A stretch of DNA of 64,000 nucleotides from Candidatus Poribacteria bacterium. Lineage in GTDB: Bacteria > Poribacteria > WGA-4E > PCPOR2b. Of the stretch, positions 29,472-39,609 are shown piece by piece; position 1 is the stretch's first letter, and each line of letters starts with the position of its first letter. The notes below the pieces were generated by a model. It was given only the letters and a program-made list of their open reading frames with translations, was not told the origin of the DNA and did no database searches. A program made the translations under genes and the position numbers. The stretch is taken from assembly GCA_965198175.1 (NCBI GenBank), contig OZ240245.1, positions 3,776,001-3,840,000 on the forward strand. The letters run 5' to 3'.

Positions 29472-30287
29472 CTAACGCAGCAAAAATCCAGATTGGCGAA
29501 CTTCAATCGGTTTTTTCCCCGCATGGTATTCGGTTTTCTGTCCACACAACCAGTAGAACAACTCAGCGGCGTCGTTAATTGTCCGATGGTGTTCTCGGTG
29601 AAAGCTTAGACCAGGAGGAGAAGACTTGGCATGTCTCAACTCGAAGGTCGGTTCTCGAACCCAGTCACGCGCCGGTGGTGCCGTTCGCGAGTATTCATAC
29701 TTCAGCAGGTTGCGAGTCCCGCACGCAGTGGAAACGGTACGGCGGTGCCAGATGCCCCAAATGGTGATGAAAATGGAGCCTGCGGGTGCCGCAGTGGACA
29801 CTGCTCCACGGATCCCGCAGTAATGCTGCATATGGGTTTGAGAGCAAAAGAGGAAGTGTGACCCTGGTAATACCTCTGTCGGTCCCATTTCCAATTGCGC
29901 GTCTTGCGGATAGTAGAATACCTGGAGCAGATCGAATTCGGGGCCGTACACCGCTGCCCCATCTCCGCCGCTGTCAAAATGCCATCCTCCCGCAGATGCA
30001 GGGCATTCCACTCGATGATTGTTCACCCCGCCCGGCAGGCGGAAGCTCTTGCCAAGAAAGGATCGGATGGCTCCTACTGCCCGCGGACAGCAAATGACAT
30101 TCTCAACAAACCAATCCTCTCGGAGAATCTCGCTCGGTGTGCCCGAGGGATGCGCGTCAAGAAACGCAAACGTATTGCGATTCACGTCTTCCGGCACGAC
30201 ACCCTTCAGCATCAGAAAACCCTTTTTGCAGAACTCTAGAACTTGGGTATCATTCAAAGTGGGTTCACAGTCATAGGTATGCTTCAT
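29472..30287 (-). CDS. PhyH family Fe(II)/2OG oxygenase (paralog of 24002-24838)
   Basis: WHFD, LQVFYYPQ, GPTEVLPGSH, IWHRR. Shares FYWLCG with the first PhyH. Confidence 0.85.
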   Translation of the reverse strand: MKHTYDCEPTLNDTQVLEFCKKGFLMLKGVVPEDVNRNTFAFLDAHPSGTPSEILREDWFVENVICCPRAVGAIRSFLGKSFRLPGGVNNHRVECPASAGGWHFDSGGDGAAVYGPEFDLLQVFYYPQDAQLEMGPTEVLPGSHFLFCSQTHMQHYCGIRGAVSTAAPAGSIFITIWGIWHRRTVSTACGTRNLLKYEYSRTAPPARDWVREPTFELRHAKSSPPGLSFHREHHRTINDAAELFYWLCGQKTEYHAGKKPIEVRQSGFLLR

Positions 30288-30488
30288 CGCGTTTTCCTCA
30301 ATCGTTCGATTATCGCACACCACATCAGGTGTATTACCAATAATTTCAGGCGTTTAAACCTGACCAAATCGCCAAGGCTTTACGCTTTATATCTCATTCA
30401 TTGCTGTCCAAAGAAAGGGGGTGAGTTTACGTTATTCGTACAGTTTTGAAATCAAAATGCAGATTGTAAGTTGCCTACCGTCAACTCG

Positions 30489-30787
30489 ATGTCACAGAAT
30501 ATCACGAAATTTCACACAATGTCACATAATGTGAGGTTGTGTGTGACATGCCATTTGACAGATACGACACCTGCGTTAGTTCGCTTGTCATGCGGTGTCT
30601 ACGAGTCATTGAGGTTGTCATAGGATTACTTTGATATCACACTATATCACATTCTGTGATGTGATGCGCCGCCCATAATTGGACTGTGCATAATTCGCTG
30701 AAGTCCGCTCACCACACAGGTTCTGAGGGTCGTGGTTTTTCTGAAACTTCGTCCGATGTCACAAAACCTCACAAAATATCACACATT
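30489..30787. repeat. Three clusters of 10-bp-phased NTCACRNNNN direct repeats
   Basis: 30491-30530 GTCACAGAAT ATCACGAAAT TTCACACAAT GTCACATAAT. 30636-30655 ATCACACTAT ATCACATTCT. 30758-30787 GTCACAAAAC CTCACAAAAT ATCACACATT. Confidence 0.8.
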
Positions 30788-30906
30788 TCGACTTAGTCGG
30801 TTTAGTAGATTAAGCACGTTGCCTAAATTTTGAAAAAAAAACGCGCACCATCTCCTTTGAAGGTGTTGGTCTCCCTCCAATAGAATATAGCACGCCGGTA
30901 TTATGT

Positions 30907-30935
30907 ATTATATCAACACGGATTAACGTTGTCAA
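30907..30935 (-). promoter_or_regulatory. Perfect-consensus sigma70 promoter
   Basis: Minus strand TTGACA-N17-TATAAT. Confidence 0.75.
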
Positions 30936-30987
30936 GGGTATTTTCGTTAGCAGTTAGGCGACTTCGTCCAGAATCATCGCAACAAAC

Positions 30988-31076
30988 TGTCTGAATCAGG
31001 ATTTGCAGGATTGATGTTGTCTGTTACCAGTCACAACACCGAAAATCATCCTATCTTGAGAATTTAGATTCAGACA
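30988..31076. repeat. REP-like inverted repeat element
   Basis: TGTCTGAATC (30988-30997) ... GATTCAGACA (31067-31076). Confidence 0.55.
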
Positions 31077-31360
31077 ATTTGCATGCACATTCCGCCTCTC
31101 CTGCGCGATGGCACTTAATCGGACTTATGCGTGTGGTTGGGTGGCACTTTCGTAAGCAGAAACGCGCATCGCTGTGCTAGCCATTGGTCTTTTCGACAAC
31201 CCAAGTAAATGACATAACCTTTATTAATCATGGATTTTCTCATTTCCGCTTTAGTTTAAAGCCCCTCCCCCGCTAAAGCTTACCAGCCGTAGCTGAAATC
31301 ATCAGGTGCCTTCTTTTTTTTCGATTATCTTAAAATGGTGATAGACATATTGTCCCACTA

Positions 31361-34141
31361 TCACCTCCGCCGCCTCCGCTTAGGTCTGACGTTTGCTGCC
31401 AGCGGCACCATCATTTTTTCGTACAGACCGAGAAGGTGTTCGACGCGCTCACGGTCGGAGGAAAATGAAGAGCGCCGGTAGAGTTTATCGACAGCACCGT
31501 CCAAGGCGCGGTGTGCCCTGCGGAGATCGACAGGCATGAGATCGGGGGCGTAGAGATCCGCTAAGGTTGCGTCGGGATGGACAGCGCGGGCTGCGAGGAC
31601 AGCATCTGCGTAAGGTTCGAGGCGTTGCAGCCGTTCCGCGGGAACCTCGGGTACCGGGAACGTGTTGTACACGAGACCGATGGAGTAGCGATAGCGGCTC
31701 TCTAAGCGTCCCCCAATGTGCCTTAGCCAAGCCATGTGCATGGCAGAAGTGAGCAACGCGAATAGGTGTTTGTTGGCATTTTCGATGATACGGACAAGAT
31801 TACTCGGAATTACCGGCGGCTCCAGCCACCCGATCGGGATGTATTCCCGTCGTTCAGAACTCACCTCCGGTATAACCAAAAATGGCGCATCTGGCACGAC
31901 GTTGACATGATAGAGCGTCGGTGTCTCGGCAAGTGCTTGGGTGGGCTCGCTGTCGCTCGCCAACCGATAGGCGCGGACAGCGGCAATACGCTCACGGACC
32001 TTCGGTAGTGTTCTCAGAACCTGAGGTTCTACGCTAGCCAAGCGCAGTATCCACCGTTCTCCCCCCTGTAGAAATTCCCGGCTTCCCACGAAGGGCCGCA
32101 GATACGGCTCGGCATCGGGTTCCTCTTGCAAAAACGCAGCGCGTTCTTCAGCTTTGAAAATGTAATGTCCTCCATCAATGGGTTTGGAGCCGATAATTAA
32201 CTTCGGCAGTCCATTAATCTGTCGAGATTCTTTCTTTACGACAATCCGCGAATCGGTCAGTCCACTGGCATCGAACAGGTAAGGCGAGAGGGCGGTGTGA
32301 CGGCTCTCGTGTGGTTCACTTGTGGGAGTGTTGTAGGAAAACAGTCGTTTCTCGCGTGGTGCGTCCCCCCGTTTTGCCAACCCAATAATGACGACGTGAA
32401 CGTGCGCCATGTCACGGGCGTCCGAACCCCATGCGAAGGTGCGGTGGGCAAAGGCGATCTCTAGGGTGCAACGGTGAAACAGGAGGGGCCAAAGCTGCGC
32501 CACCTGTTCGCCCTGGGTGATGGAATTGGTCGCCACAAAGCCGATGCGCGCTGCGCTCTGTTGGATGAATTCACCCGCTTTCATAAACCACGCGGTCACA
32601 TAGTCGAGTGTGCCGCCACTTCTACCCAGTGCGGCGATGTTACGCACCTGTTCGCGCTGCTGTTCTGTTTGGAACTTCGCACCCACAAAAGGCGGATTGC
32701 CAAGCACATAGGAACACCCTTCTGGGGGCAGGAGCGTCGTCCAATCCGTTTCCAGTGCATCCCCGCGCCTGATATGCGGTGACTTTTCCAACGGAATGCG
32801 TACATAAGTCTGACCAAACTCCAGACTCAGGCGGTTGTTCATGATGTGGTCCATCATCCACAGAGCAACCTCCGCGATACGCACTGGAAACTCCCCCAAC
32901 TCAATCCCATAAAACCCATCTACATCAACTACCGAAAGCGATTGCGCAATCAGGTCAAGCTGACCATGTGGTCGCATCTCCTTTAACACTTCAATTTCCA
33001 ATGTCCGCAATTCACGGTAGGCGATGATCAGGAAGTTGCCACAGCCGCACGCTGGATCAAAAAAGCGCAACCGACCGAGTCTATGCTGAAAGGCAATCAG
33101 TTCCGGGAGGCGGCGGTTGTCCCTGCGGTCACGGAGGTGTTGAAACTCGGCACGCAACTCGTCGAGGCACAGCGGCTCTATCACCTTGAGGATGTTCTTT
33201 TCGGTGGTGTAGTGCGCACCTTGCGCACGGCGTTCATCTTTGTCCATCACCGACTGGAAGAGCGATCCGAAGATTGCTGGGGAGATTTCGGACCAATTAA
33301 AATGACAAGCATCAATGAGCCGTTGGCGCATCTTGGAATCAAATGACGGGATGAGCAAGGGTTCGCGGAACAGCTCGCCGTTGACGTAGGAGAAGCGGGC
33401 GAGATCTTCGTCGAGGTTTCTGGAGCGGCGGTCTACCGGCGTGTTGAGTATTTGGAACAGTTGCGCCAACCAACCGCCAAGGTCTGAGCCATCTTTCCGT
33501 GTCCGGTTCTCTAGCAGATCGAGAAAAATGTCTCGTGGCTCAAAAATGCCGGTGTCGTCGGCAAAGAAGCAGAAGACGATGCGGACTAAGAATTGTTCCA
33601 GATCGTGTCCCGTGTAACCGGATTCAGCCAACGCGTCGTGGAGCTGCCCAACGCGCTCGGACGCTTTGATGTTGACTGGATCCTGATCCTTGAAGGATCG
33701 CTTCTGCACACCCAAGATAAAGCCGAACTTTTCGACATGTTGGGGCAAGTCAGCGAGGGCAAAGGCAACACTTGCATCTTCGTCGAGGTCGTATAACTCA
33801 AACGTCTGGAAATCGCTCAGGAGGAGGTAGCGCGGCAGGTCAGCATCCTTGAGACCGGGAAAGTAAGAGAGCGCTTGGGCTCTGGCTTGTGTTAAGTCGC
33901 GTCCCGCACTTTTCTGCTCAACGAGGAGCACGCCTTTCCAAAACAGATCGATAAAGCCGCGCTTATCGCCGAGGAGTTGAACAGGCTCTTCAAACGTGGC
34001 AACCCGGCGCACAGGCAGGTCAAAGATGGCGAAAAAGTCGCGGTAGAAAAGTTGCGTTTGTCCCTTTTCGTAGCCTGCATCTGCCCATTCTTGAGCGAAT
34101 GCAGCGGCACGGACACGAATTTCATTCCATGACAGGCGCAT
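31361..34141 (-). CDS. MmeI-family Type IIL restriction-modification enzyme (nuclease, N6-adenine MTase and TRD in one chain)
   Basis: N-terminal FIDLFW.G.LLVEQKS (PD-ExK), YVNG.LF, PAIFGSLFQ, GAHYT, FFDPACGCGNFL (motif I), GNPPF (motif IV), TNSITQGEQV, LES.YRYS...VYNTFP. Confidence 0.9.
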   Translation of the reverse strand: MRLSWNEIRVRAAAFAQEWADAGYEKGQTQLFYRDFFAIFDLPVRRVATFEEPVQLLGDKRGFIDLFWKGVLLVEQKSAGRDLTQARAQALSYFPGLKDADLPRYLLLSDFQTFELYDLDEDASVAFALADLPQHVEKFGFILGVQKRSFKDQDPVNIKASERVGQLHDALAESGYTGHDLEQFLVRIVFCFFADDTGIFEPRDIFLDLLENRTRKDGSDLGGWLAQLFQILNTPVDRRSRNLDEDLARFSYVNGELFREPLLIPSFDSKMRQRLIDACHFNWSEISPAIFGSLFQSVMDKDERRAQGAHYTTEKNILKVIEPLCLDELRAEFQHLRDRRDNRRLPELIAFQHRLGRLRFFDPACGCGNFLIIAYRELRTLEIEVLKEMRPHGQLDLIAQSLSVVDVDGFYGIELGEFPVRIAEVALWMMDHIMNNRLSLEFGQTYVRIPLEKSPHIRRGDALETDWTTLLPPEGCSYVLGNPPFVGAKFQTEQQREQVRNIAALGRSGGTLDYVTAWFMKAGEFIQQSAARIGFVATNSITQGEQVAQLWPLLFHRCTLEIAFAHRTFAWGSDARDMAHVHVVIIGLAKRGDAPREKRLFSYNTPTSEPHESRHTALSPYLFDASGLTDSRIVVKKESRQINGLPKLIIGSKPIDGGHYIFKAEERAAFLQEEPDAEPYLRPFVGSREFLQGGERWILRLASVEPQVLRTLPKVRERIAAVRAYRLASDSEPTQALAETPTLYHVNVVPDAPFLVIPEVSSERREYIPIGWLEPPVIPSNLVRIIENANKHLFALLTSAMHMAWLRHIGGRLESRYRYSIGLVYNTFPVPEVPAERLQRLEPYADAVLAARAVHPDATLADLYAPDLMPVDLRRAHRALDGAVDKLYRRSSFSSDRERVEHLLGLYEKMMVPLAANVRPKRRRRR

Positions 34142-34201
34142 GTCGTTGCGTCCCTTTCAGAATGGCATAGCGTATGCTGAAGAACACACGAATCAGATTC
34201 A

Positions 34202-34905
34202 TTATTTCAATTGTAAGCATCGAACAATCAAATCGCTTAGATTCTCCATAACATCCAACATTATGCCAAGAGCTTCAAATACGTAGTGGCCAATTTCAAA
34301 GGCTTCCGTAATTTCATCAACACCCCCCTTGAGAGCCCATGGATTCTGATTTCGGAGCATCGCGTTCAAGGAGCACTACAAATGTATCAAGTGAGTCTCC
34401 ATCAGGCACTAGTATGTCTGTATCCTGTACTATGGGAATTCCATATTCAGAAATGGGATTCAAGAATGCTGGTAGATCTATAAATGGCACGGCACGCCAG
34501 CGGAATCACTATCGCAAAATTGTGGTGATAACAGGGTGTAAATTCCCTTGTATCCGCCTTTATAAAACCCCACACTTTTTCTTTATATTTGTGGTTCGCT
34601 ACTGTCACACGACAGTTTTTTCTGGCGGCATATATGTTTCGTGGTGGGATAACGTCACGCACACCGGGAATTGGTGCGGGTTCTTGAAATTGTCCTAAGA
34701 TTAACCCGGGACGAGTGAAAAAGCTGTTGATACGAGCCTGGATAACAAAGAAGAAGATAGCTTTCAACTCGAAGCCTTCGGCGGTAACGGAGCCAGCTTG
34801 GGTTATTGTACAGCAACATACAACATATCTCAAGAGGAGAATTTTTTGTTCCTTCGCGGACTCGCTCACAGACGACGTACACTCTTGGATGCGATGGGAA
34901 ACCAT
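34202..34905 (-). pseudogene. Fragmented AT-rich ORF remnant of unknown family
   Basis: Protein-like text continues across three minus-strand frames (..VRDVIPPRNIY.. / FRWRAVPFIDLPAFLNPISEYG.. / GGVDEITEAFEIGHYVFEALG..). Confidence 0.3.
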
Positions 34906-35337
34906 CGGGGTATTGCGTCATCCTGGCGAACAGCGATGACCGTTTAACGGTGGCTGACTTATTGTTGGTGTGAGGCGCCGTAAAAAAGCCATACAGACGC
35001 AAAGATTCTGTAACAAAAAGCGCAGTGCTGGGGTTGACGCGCTACTTGCCGACGTATTGGGCTGGCTGTAATATTCGGTCAATGCGCTAACGCCTGGCGG
35101 AGTATTCAACGACCACGACCCTGAATTTGTCGAGCGTTACAGCTATCGCACACCGCTGGGGTGGTTGATGAAGGGTGGACAGCATGCTAAGTCAAACGCA
35201 ATCCCAGAGAAAACCTGATTTCAGTGTTGCTCATGAGAGGCACAATAGATCGGGACAAATTTTGACAATTCATATGACCGTCGCACTCGAACATCACGAC
35301 CTTTTTCTCGGCCATGCTGAATTTCTCACATTTTTTC

Positions 35338-35376
35338 TTGACATAGACTTGCTGATATGCTAATATACTCGCATAT
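35338..35376 (+). promoter_or_regulatory. blaI promoter with palindromic operator
   Basis: TTGACA-N17-TAATAT. Inverted repeat ATATGC-N10-GCATAT (35355-35376) surrounds the -10. Confidence 0.55.
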
Positions 35377-35399
35377 TACACGACAAAGGAGGTGATAGC

Positions 35400-35774
35400 A
35401 TGCAAGATTATCGTATTCTCAGTCGACGTGAACGACAGATTATGAACATCATCTATCAACGAGGTCACGCTTCCGTAGCCAACGTCCTCGATGACCTCCC
35501 AGACCCGCCTACCTATTCCACAGTCCGAGCCCTGTTGCGCATTTTGGAGGAAAAGGGACATCTTACCCACGAAAAAGATGGACCACGCTACATCTATCAT
35601 CCCACGCAACCGCGCCATCAAGCAGGACACTTTGCACTCAAACAGCTTGTTAAAACCTTCTTCGATAAATCCATCGAAAAAACGGTTGCTGCGTTGGTCT
35701 CCGACGCTGATGTCTCCGATGAGCAACTCGACCGTTTAAGCCGTCTCATTGAGCAAACGAAAAAAGGAGGATAG
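35400..35774 (+). CDS. BlaI/MecI/CopY family transcriptional repressor
   Basis: LSRRERQIM.IIY, YSTVR.LLR.LEEKG, G.RY.Y.P, L.RL..LI. AAGGAGG RBS. Confidence 0.92.
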   Translation: MQDYRILSRRERQIMNIIYQRGHASVANVLDDLPDPPTYSTVRALLRILEEKGHLTHEKDGPRYIYHPTQPRHQAGHFALKQLVKTFFDKSIEKTVAALVSDADVSDEQLDRLSRLIEQTKKGG

Positions 35775-38188
35775 TGATGCCGTTCATTGAAACCCTCGAA
35801 TCCAACTTGTGGCTGAGATTTTTAGTAGATGCCACGCTGAAGAGTATAGTGATTTTGGCTGTTGCGGGTATTATCGGGTTCATTCTGCGTCATCAATCGG
35901 CGGCGTTGCGCGGATTAGTTTGGAGCTTGGCAATCGTCGGCTGCCTCATCGTCCCGCTGTGTTCACTCGCACTTCCGAAGTGGGATGTCGGTGTGCTGCC
36001 GGGGGCATCGGGTGAGCATGAATCGGACGTGTTGGTCGAAACCAGTCCTCCGCCCGCGATGCCCGTACCGATTCCATCTCGTCCGTCCCCATCAGACGTA
36101 GTGTCACCCACACAAACCACACCGTCGCCGTTGCAACCACACCTTGCAATCAGGGAAAGCAACGCTTCCCAACAAAACTTGCCATGGACAGATCGCACTG
36201 CTCTCTACTGGACCGATTGGATAGTCGTGGGTTGGGCGGTGGTCGGACTGTTCCTGTTTGCCCGTCTGATTGTCGGAATCGGTGCTGTGTGGTACATCTC
36301 AATTCGTAGCGACGACTTCAGCGATGCGATTGAGCATCTGCAACTTGATTTGAAGCGTCGATACCGTGTCCGTCGGATCGACACGGGCACAGTGCCGATG
36401 GTGTGGGGTTTCTTTCGTCCCGTAATCTTGTTGCCCGGTGATGCGGACAGTTGGGGGTCGGAACGGCTACGTGCTGTTTTACTCCACGAATTTGCACACA
36501 TCCAACGGCGTGATTGGTTGATGCAAACAATCACACAGATAGCGTGTGCGGTGTATTGGTTTAATCCGCTCGTATGGGTTGTTGCGCGTCGGATGCGGAC
36601 GGAGATGGAGCGGGCATGCGATGACTGTGTGCTCAACGCGGGTTATTGTTCGACCGAGTATGCGCAACATCTGCTTGACATTGTGCGAAGCATCACGGCG
36701 GTTGGTTCAGTTTCGCGTGCAACTGTGGCGATGGCGCGTCAGTCGAAGATTGAAGGGCGGCTCCGAACCGTTCTCGCCGAGAACCGGAATCGGCACCCGT
36801 TGACGAAGGTTGCAGTGGTGATAGGACTGCTTGTCCTGATTGGTTTCGCTGTGCCTATGGGTGCGATGCGGTTGGCAGAAGCGGTTGACCCAGAGGGTGC
36901 ATTATATGAAGAGATTCAGAATGAAGCCAACCGAAAACGCGAGGTGTATTCAGAACAATTATTTGCCGTATTCAAATCATTTACGGCGGTGGAAGCGGAC
37001 GGTGAGATTTTCACAGGTGTCATCCTGAGCCAAGTTGGTCATATTCTCGTCCCAGCAAGAGTGACAGAGGCTGAAATCATTCGACTGAATATTCTCGATT
37101 ATCAGCCCGTTAAAGTTGTCGCTGTCGACACGGAGAGCGGATTGGGAGTGGTGCAGGTTGAAGGACAGAGATACCTTCGACCTGTTGTACTTGGAACTGT
37201 AGGAGACTTGCGGGAATACGCGCCGGCTCCGCTTCCCAACCCGGTGGACGGTTACCTATACCGGAGTATAAGGGCTATCTGCGCACGCGGCCTCAATCTA
37301 CCTCCGGGATTTCGTCAACATGCGGTTGGTCAACCAACCGTGCAAATCGCTAGCATAATGCAACTCGAAATTGACGATGGCGGTAAGGTAACAGCGTTGA
37401 AAACTGCATGTCCTGGCCCTTCCGGTGAAAGGTTTAAAGGCGAGTTAATTCTTCGCTACGACCAACACGACGTGCTTATTCACTACGAAGGGCATGGTGA
37501 AATCATCAGAGGAGACGCACTTGTGCATTACAACGGGCGGCTGCTCGCGGTCTCGCTTGAAGATAAAGTGCGGTACGACAAATGGGGCCCCAGCGCCGAC
37601 CTGATACCAATCGACGAGATTCGCGCTGCGCTTGAGCGAATGGATGCCCTCCACTTGATTGAACGTCGAATCGAAAAACCAATGAAAAAGTTTGAACTCG
37701 TATTTGAGGCGGAGGAGTTCACACGGCTTGATGGAGTAAAACCGAATGTGAAACCGTTCTTGACAGTCGAGGATGTAACCGCATCTGGTGACGCGTTCAT
37801 CGTTGCAAATACCGCGTTGGATCACCAATACCAACTACCGGATTTGTGGCTGACGTATGAGATTGAGATTCCAGCGGATGGCGACTACGCAATTTGGCTC
37901 TATGGGCGAGGGTACACCGGCAAGAGCGACTCCTTCTTCGTCGGAACAGACGTTGAATCACCCCGTGCTTGTGATGTGAACAGCTACGGCTGGTGGGGCG
38001 CGGTGCCGGCAATCCAACGAATCTCAGTGCAGACAGTGCCGGCTTTCCACTTCACACGAGGTAAACACGAAATCCGTCTCTTTGTCCGGGAGACGGGCAC
38101 GGAATTGGATGCTCTCCTGATAACGAACGACCTAAGTTTAGGCGCAGCGGAGATTAACCGAATATTTACGTTACAAAACAATCGGTGA
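35774..38188 (+). CDS. M56 (BlaR1/MecR1-like) metallopeptidase sensor with trypsin-like and CBM-like extracellular domains
   Basis: TM segments, PMVWG.FRPVILLP, HEFAH.QR.D, WFNPLVW, E.ACDD.V. The C-terminus is not a penicillin-binding domain. Confidence 0.88.
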   Translation: MMPFIETLESNLWLRFLVDATLKSIVILAVAGIIGFILRHQSAALRGLVWSLAIVGCLIVPLCSLALPKWDVGVLPGASGEHESDVLVETSPPPAMPVPIPSRPSPSDVVSPTQTTPSPLQPHLAIRESNASQQNLPWTDRTALYWTDWIVVGWAVVGLFLFARLIVGIGAVWYISIRSDDFSDAIEHLQLDLKRRYRVRRIDTGTVPMVWGFFRPVILLPGDADSWGSERLRAVLLHEFAHIQRRDWLMQTITQIACAVYWFNPLVWVVARRMRTEMERACDDCVLNAGYCSTEYAQHLLDIVRSITAVGSVSRATVAMARQSKIEGRLRTVLAENRNRHPLTKVAVVIGLLVLIGFAVPMGAMRLAEAVDPEGALYEEIQNEANRKREVYSEQLFAVFKSFTAVEADGEIFTGVILSQVGHILVPARVTEAEIIRLNILDYQPVKVVAVDTESGLGVVQVEGQRYLRPVVLGTVGDLREYAPAPLPNPVDGYLYRSIRAICARGLNLPPGFRQHAVGQPTVQIASIMQLEIDDGGKVTALKTACPGPSGERFKGELILRYDQHDVLIHYEGHGEIIRGDALVHYNGRLLAVSLEDKVRYDKWGPSADLIPIDEIRAALERMDALHLIERRIEKPMKKFELVFEAEEFTRLDGVKPNVKPFLTVEDVTASGDAFIVANTALDHQYQLPDLWLTYEIEIPADGDYAIWLYGRGYTGKSDSFFVGTDVESPRACDVNSYGWWGAVPAIQRISVQTVPAFHFTRGKHEIRLFVRETGTELDALLITNDLSLGAAEINRIFTLQNNR

Positions 38189-38264
38189 AACAACGCCTCT
38201 GTAAACCACGCTTGACATTGTGCGTCTTATTTTTTGCGCTTCTCAAATGTGGAGGATTATTCCG

Positions 38265-38915
38265 ATGAAGAACGTGATGTTTTTCAAGTTAAGCTTATTT
38301 TGTTTCGCTTATGCGCTATGTCTACCGCATAGTTTCGCCCAAGATTCACCGCAATGGGGGCTGCCCGAGGGCACTAAACCGCGCCTTGGTAATGGTACGG
38401 TAAATGAAGTACAGTATTCGCCCGACGGCAATCGACTTGCGGTGGCTAGCGGTATCGGTATCTGGCTCTACAATGTGGCGACGCTTCAAGAAATTGCCCT
38501 GCTCACTGGGCATACGGGTAGGATCGAAAGCGTTGCGTTCAGTCCCGATGGCGACACCGTGTTGCTGTGGGAACTTACCTCTTCGACAGCATTTGGGGTG
38601 GAACCGTTGGCAATGCGCACGACGACGCTGGGAAACATCAACGGACGGCGTTGCTGCAAAATTATCCGAATCCGTTCAACCCCGAAACCTGAATACCGTA
38701 TCAGTTGGCAAACGACGCACTCGTGACCTTAACCATCTATGGCCAGAGCGGTCGCATCGTCCGCACTCTTGCCATTGGACGCCAAATTTCGGGAGTCTAC
38801 CGAGATAAAGCGAACGCGGCCTATTGGGATGGTGCTCGTCGCTAGCGGCACCAATTACTATCAACTCCGTTCGGGTGATTAAACCGCGTTAAGGCGGATG
38901 GTGATTGTCAAGTAG
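38265..38915 (+). pseudogene. Decayed WD40 + C-terminal-domain paralog
   Basis: Collinear with 40555-41499 but with an internal repeat deletion, a 1-nt deletion near 38640 (AACATCAACGG vs AACATCAAACG), TGG to TGA in ETWIPY, and a further deletion in the CTD. Confidence 0.85.
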
Positions 38916-38993
38916 CGCCGCGCAACTGGGGTGAGAAACCGAGTTTTTCTAAAAACTGGGTTCTGAAGTTACTGTCAGCGAGATGATTAGCTC

Positions 38994-39253
38994 TTGTAGG
39001 TTGGGTTTCGCTAGGTATCTACGCCAAAGAGGGTGTAGTTTGGCTGTCAAAACGTAAATCGTCGTTGGTTCTGGAGGTAAAGACCTGAAAACTATCGCTA
39101 AGATTTCTATGAAGAACTACAAAGACTATCGCAGTCGCTATTCGCTCCATTGATCACTCACTATTCGTTCGTTTGATCCTTAGGCAAACTATCGCGCTCT
39201 TTATCCAGTCGCTTGAGCTATTCGCTCAGTTGATCGCTCAACCCAACCTACAA
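38994..39253. mobile_element. 260-bp MITE/REPIN-like element with 14-bp terminal inverted repeats
   Basis: TTGTAGGTTGGGTT ... AACCCAACCTACAA. No internal ORF of 60 aa or more. Half-copy GTAGGTTGGGTT at 43927-43938. Confidence 0.65.
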
Positions 39254-39609
39254 AAACGGTCATGAACAGGCACTATTATAGAAGGTAAGCCGAATTCAGC
39301 ACCTCTGCTTCCGCCGCCTGTGCTTGTTAAACAAAGGCGTCGCCATATCAGCCTTCTTGGGACAACATCAACCGCTAGTCTTGAATCGCGTATCATTCTA
39401 GTATCACGATGTAGCAAAATTGCTACAGGCCCCCTTGAGATGTGTCTGACAAATAACCAGTTATTCGTTCATTTTCTCTAGCAATGAGGGTAAGCACAGG
39501 GTATTATTCGTTATGGCACATCATTTGCGACGCTAAACACTCAAATTGGTTACACAAGTGGCTTTATGATATTCAAGGCGATAGAGGTACCTTATCAGGA
39601 GGACTTGAA

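Noticed and set aside
38685..38695. In-frame TGA at a conserved Trp, suggesting recoding
   Set aside because: The same gene has frameshifts and deletions, and TGA is a normal stop elsewhere in the window, so this is pseudogene decay.
39091..39240. CRISPR-like short repeats
   Set aside because: Units are degenerate and irregularly spaced, lack unique spacers of constant length, and no cas genes are present.
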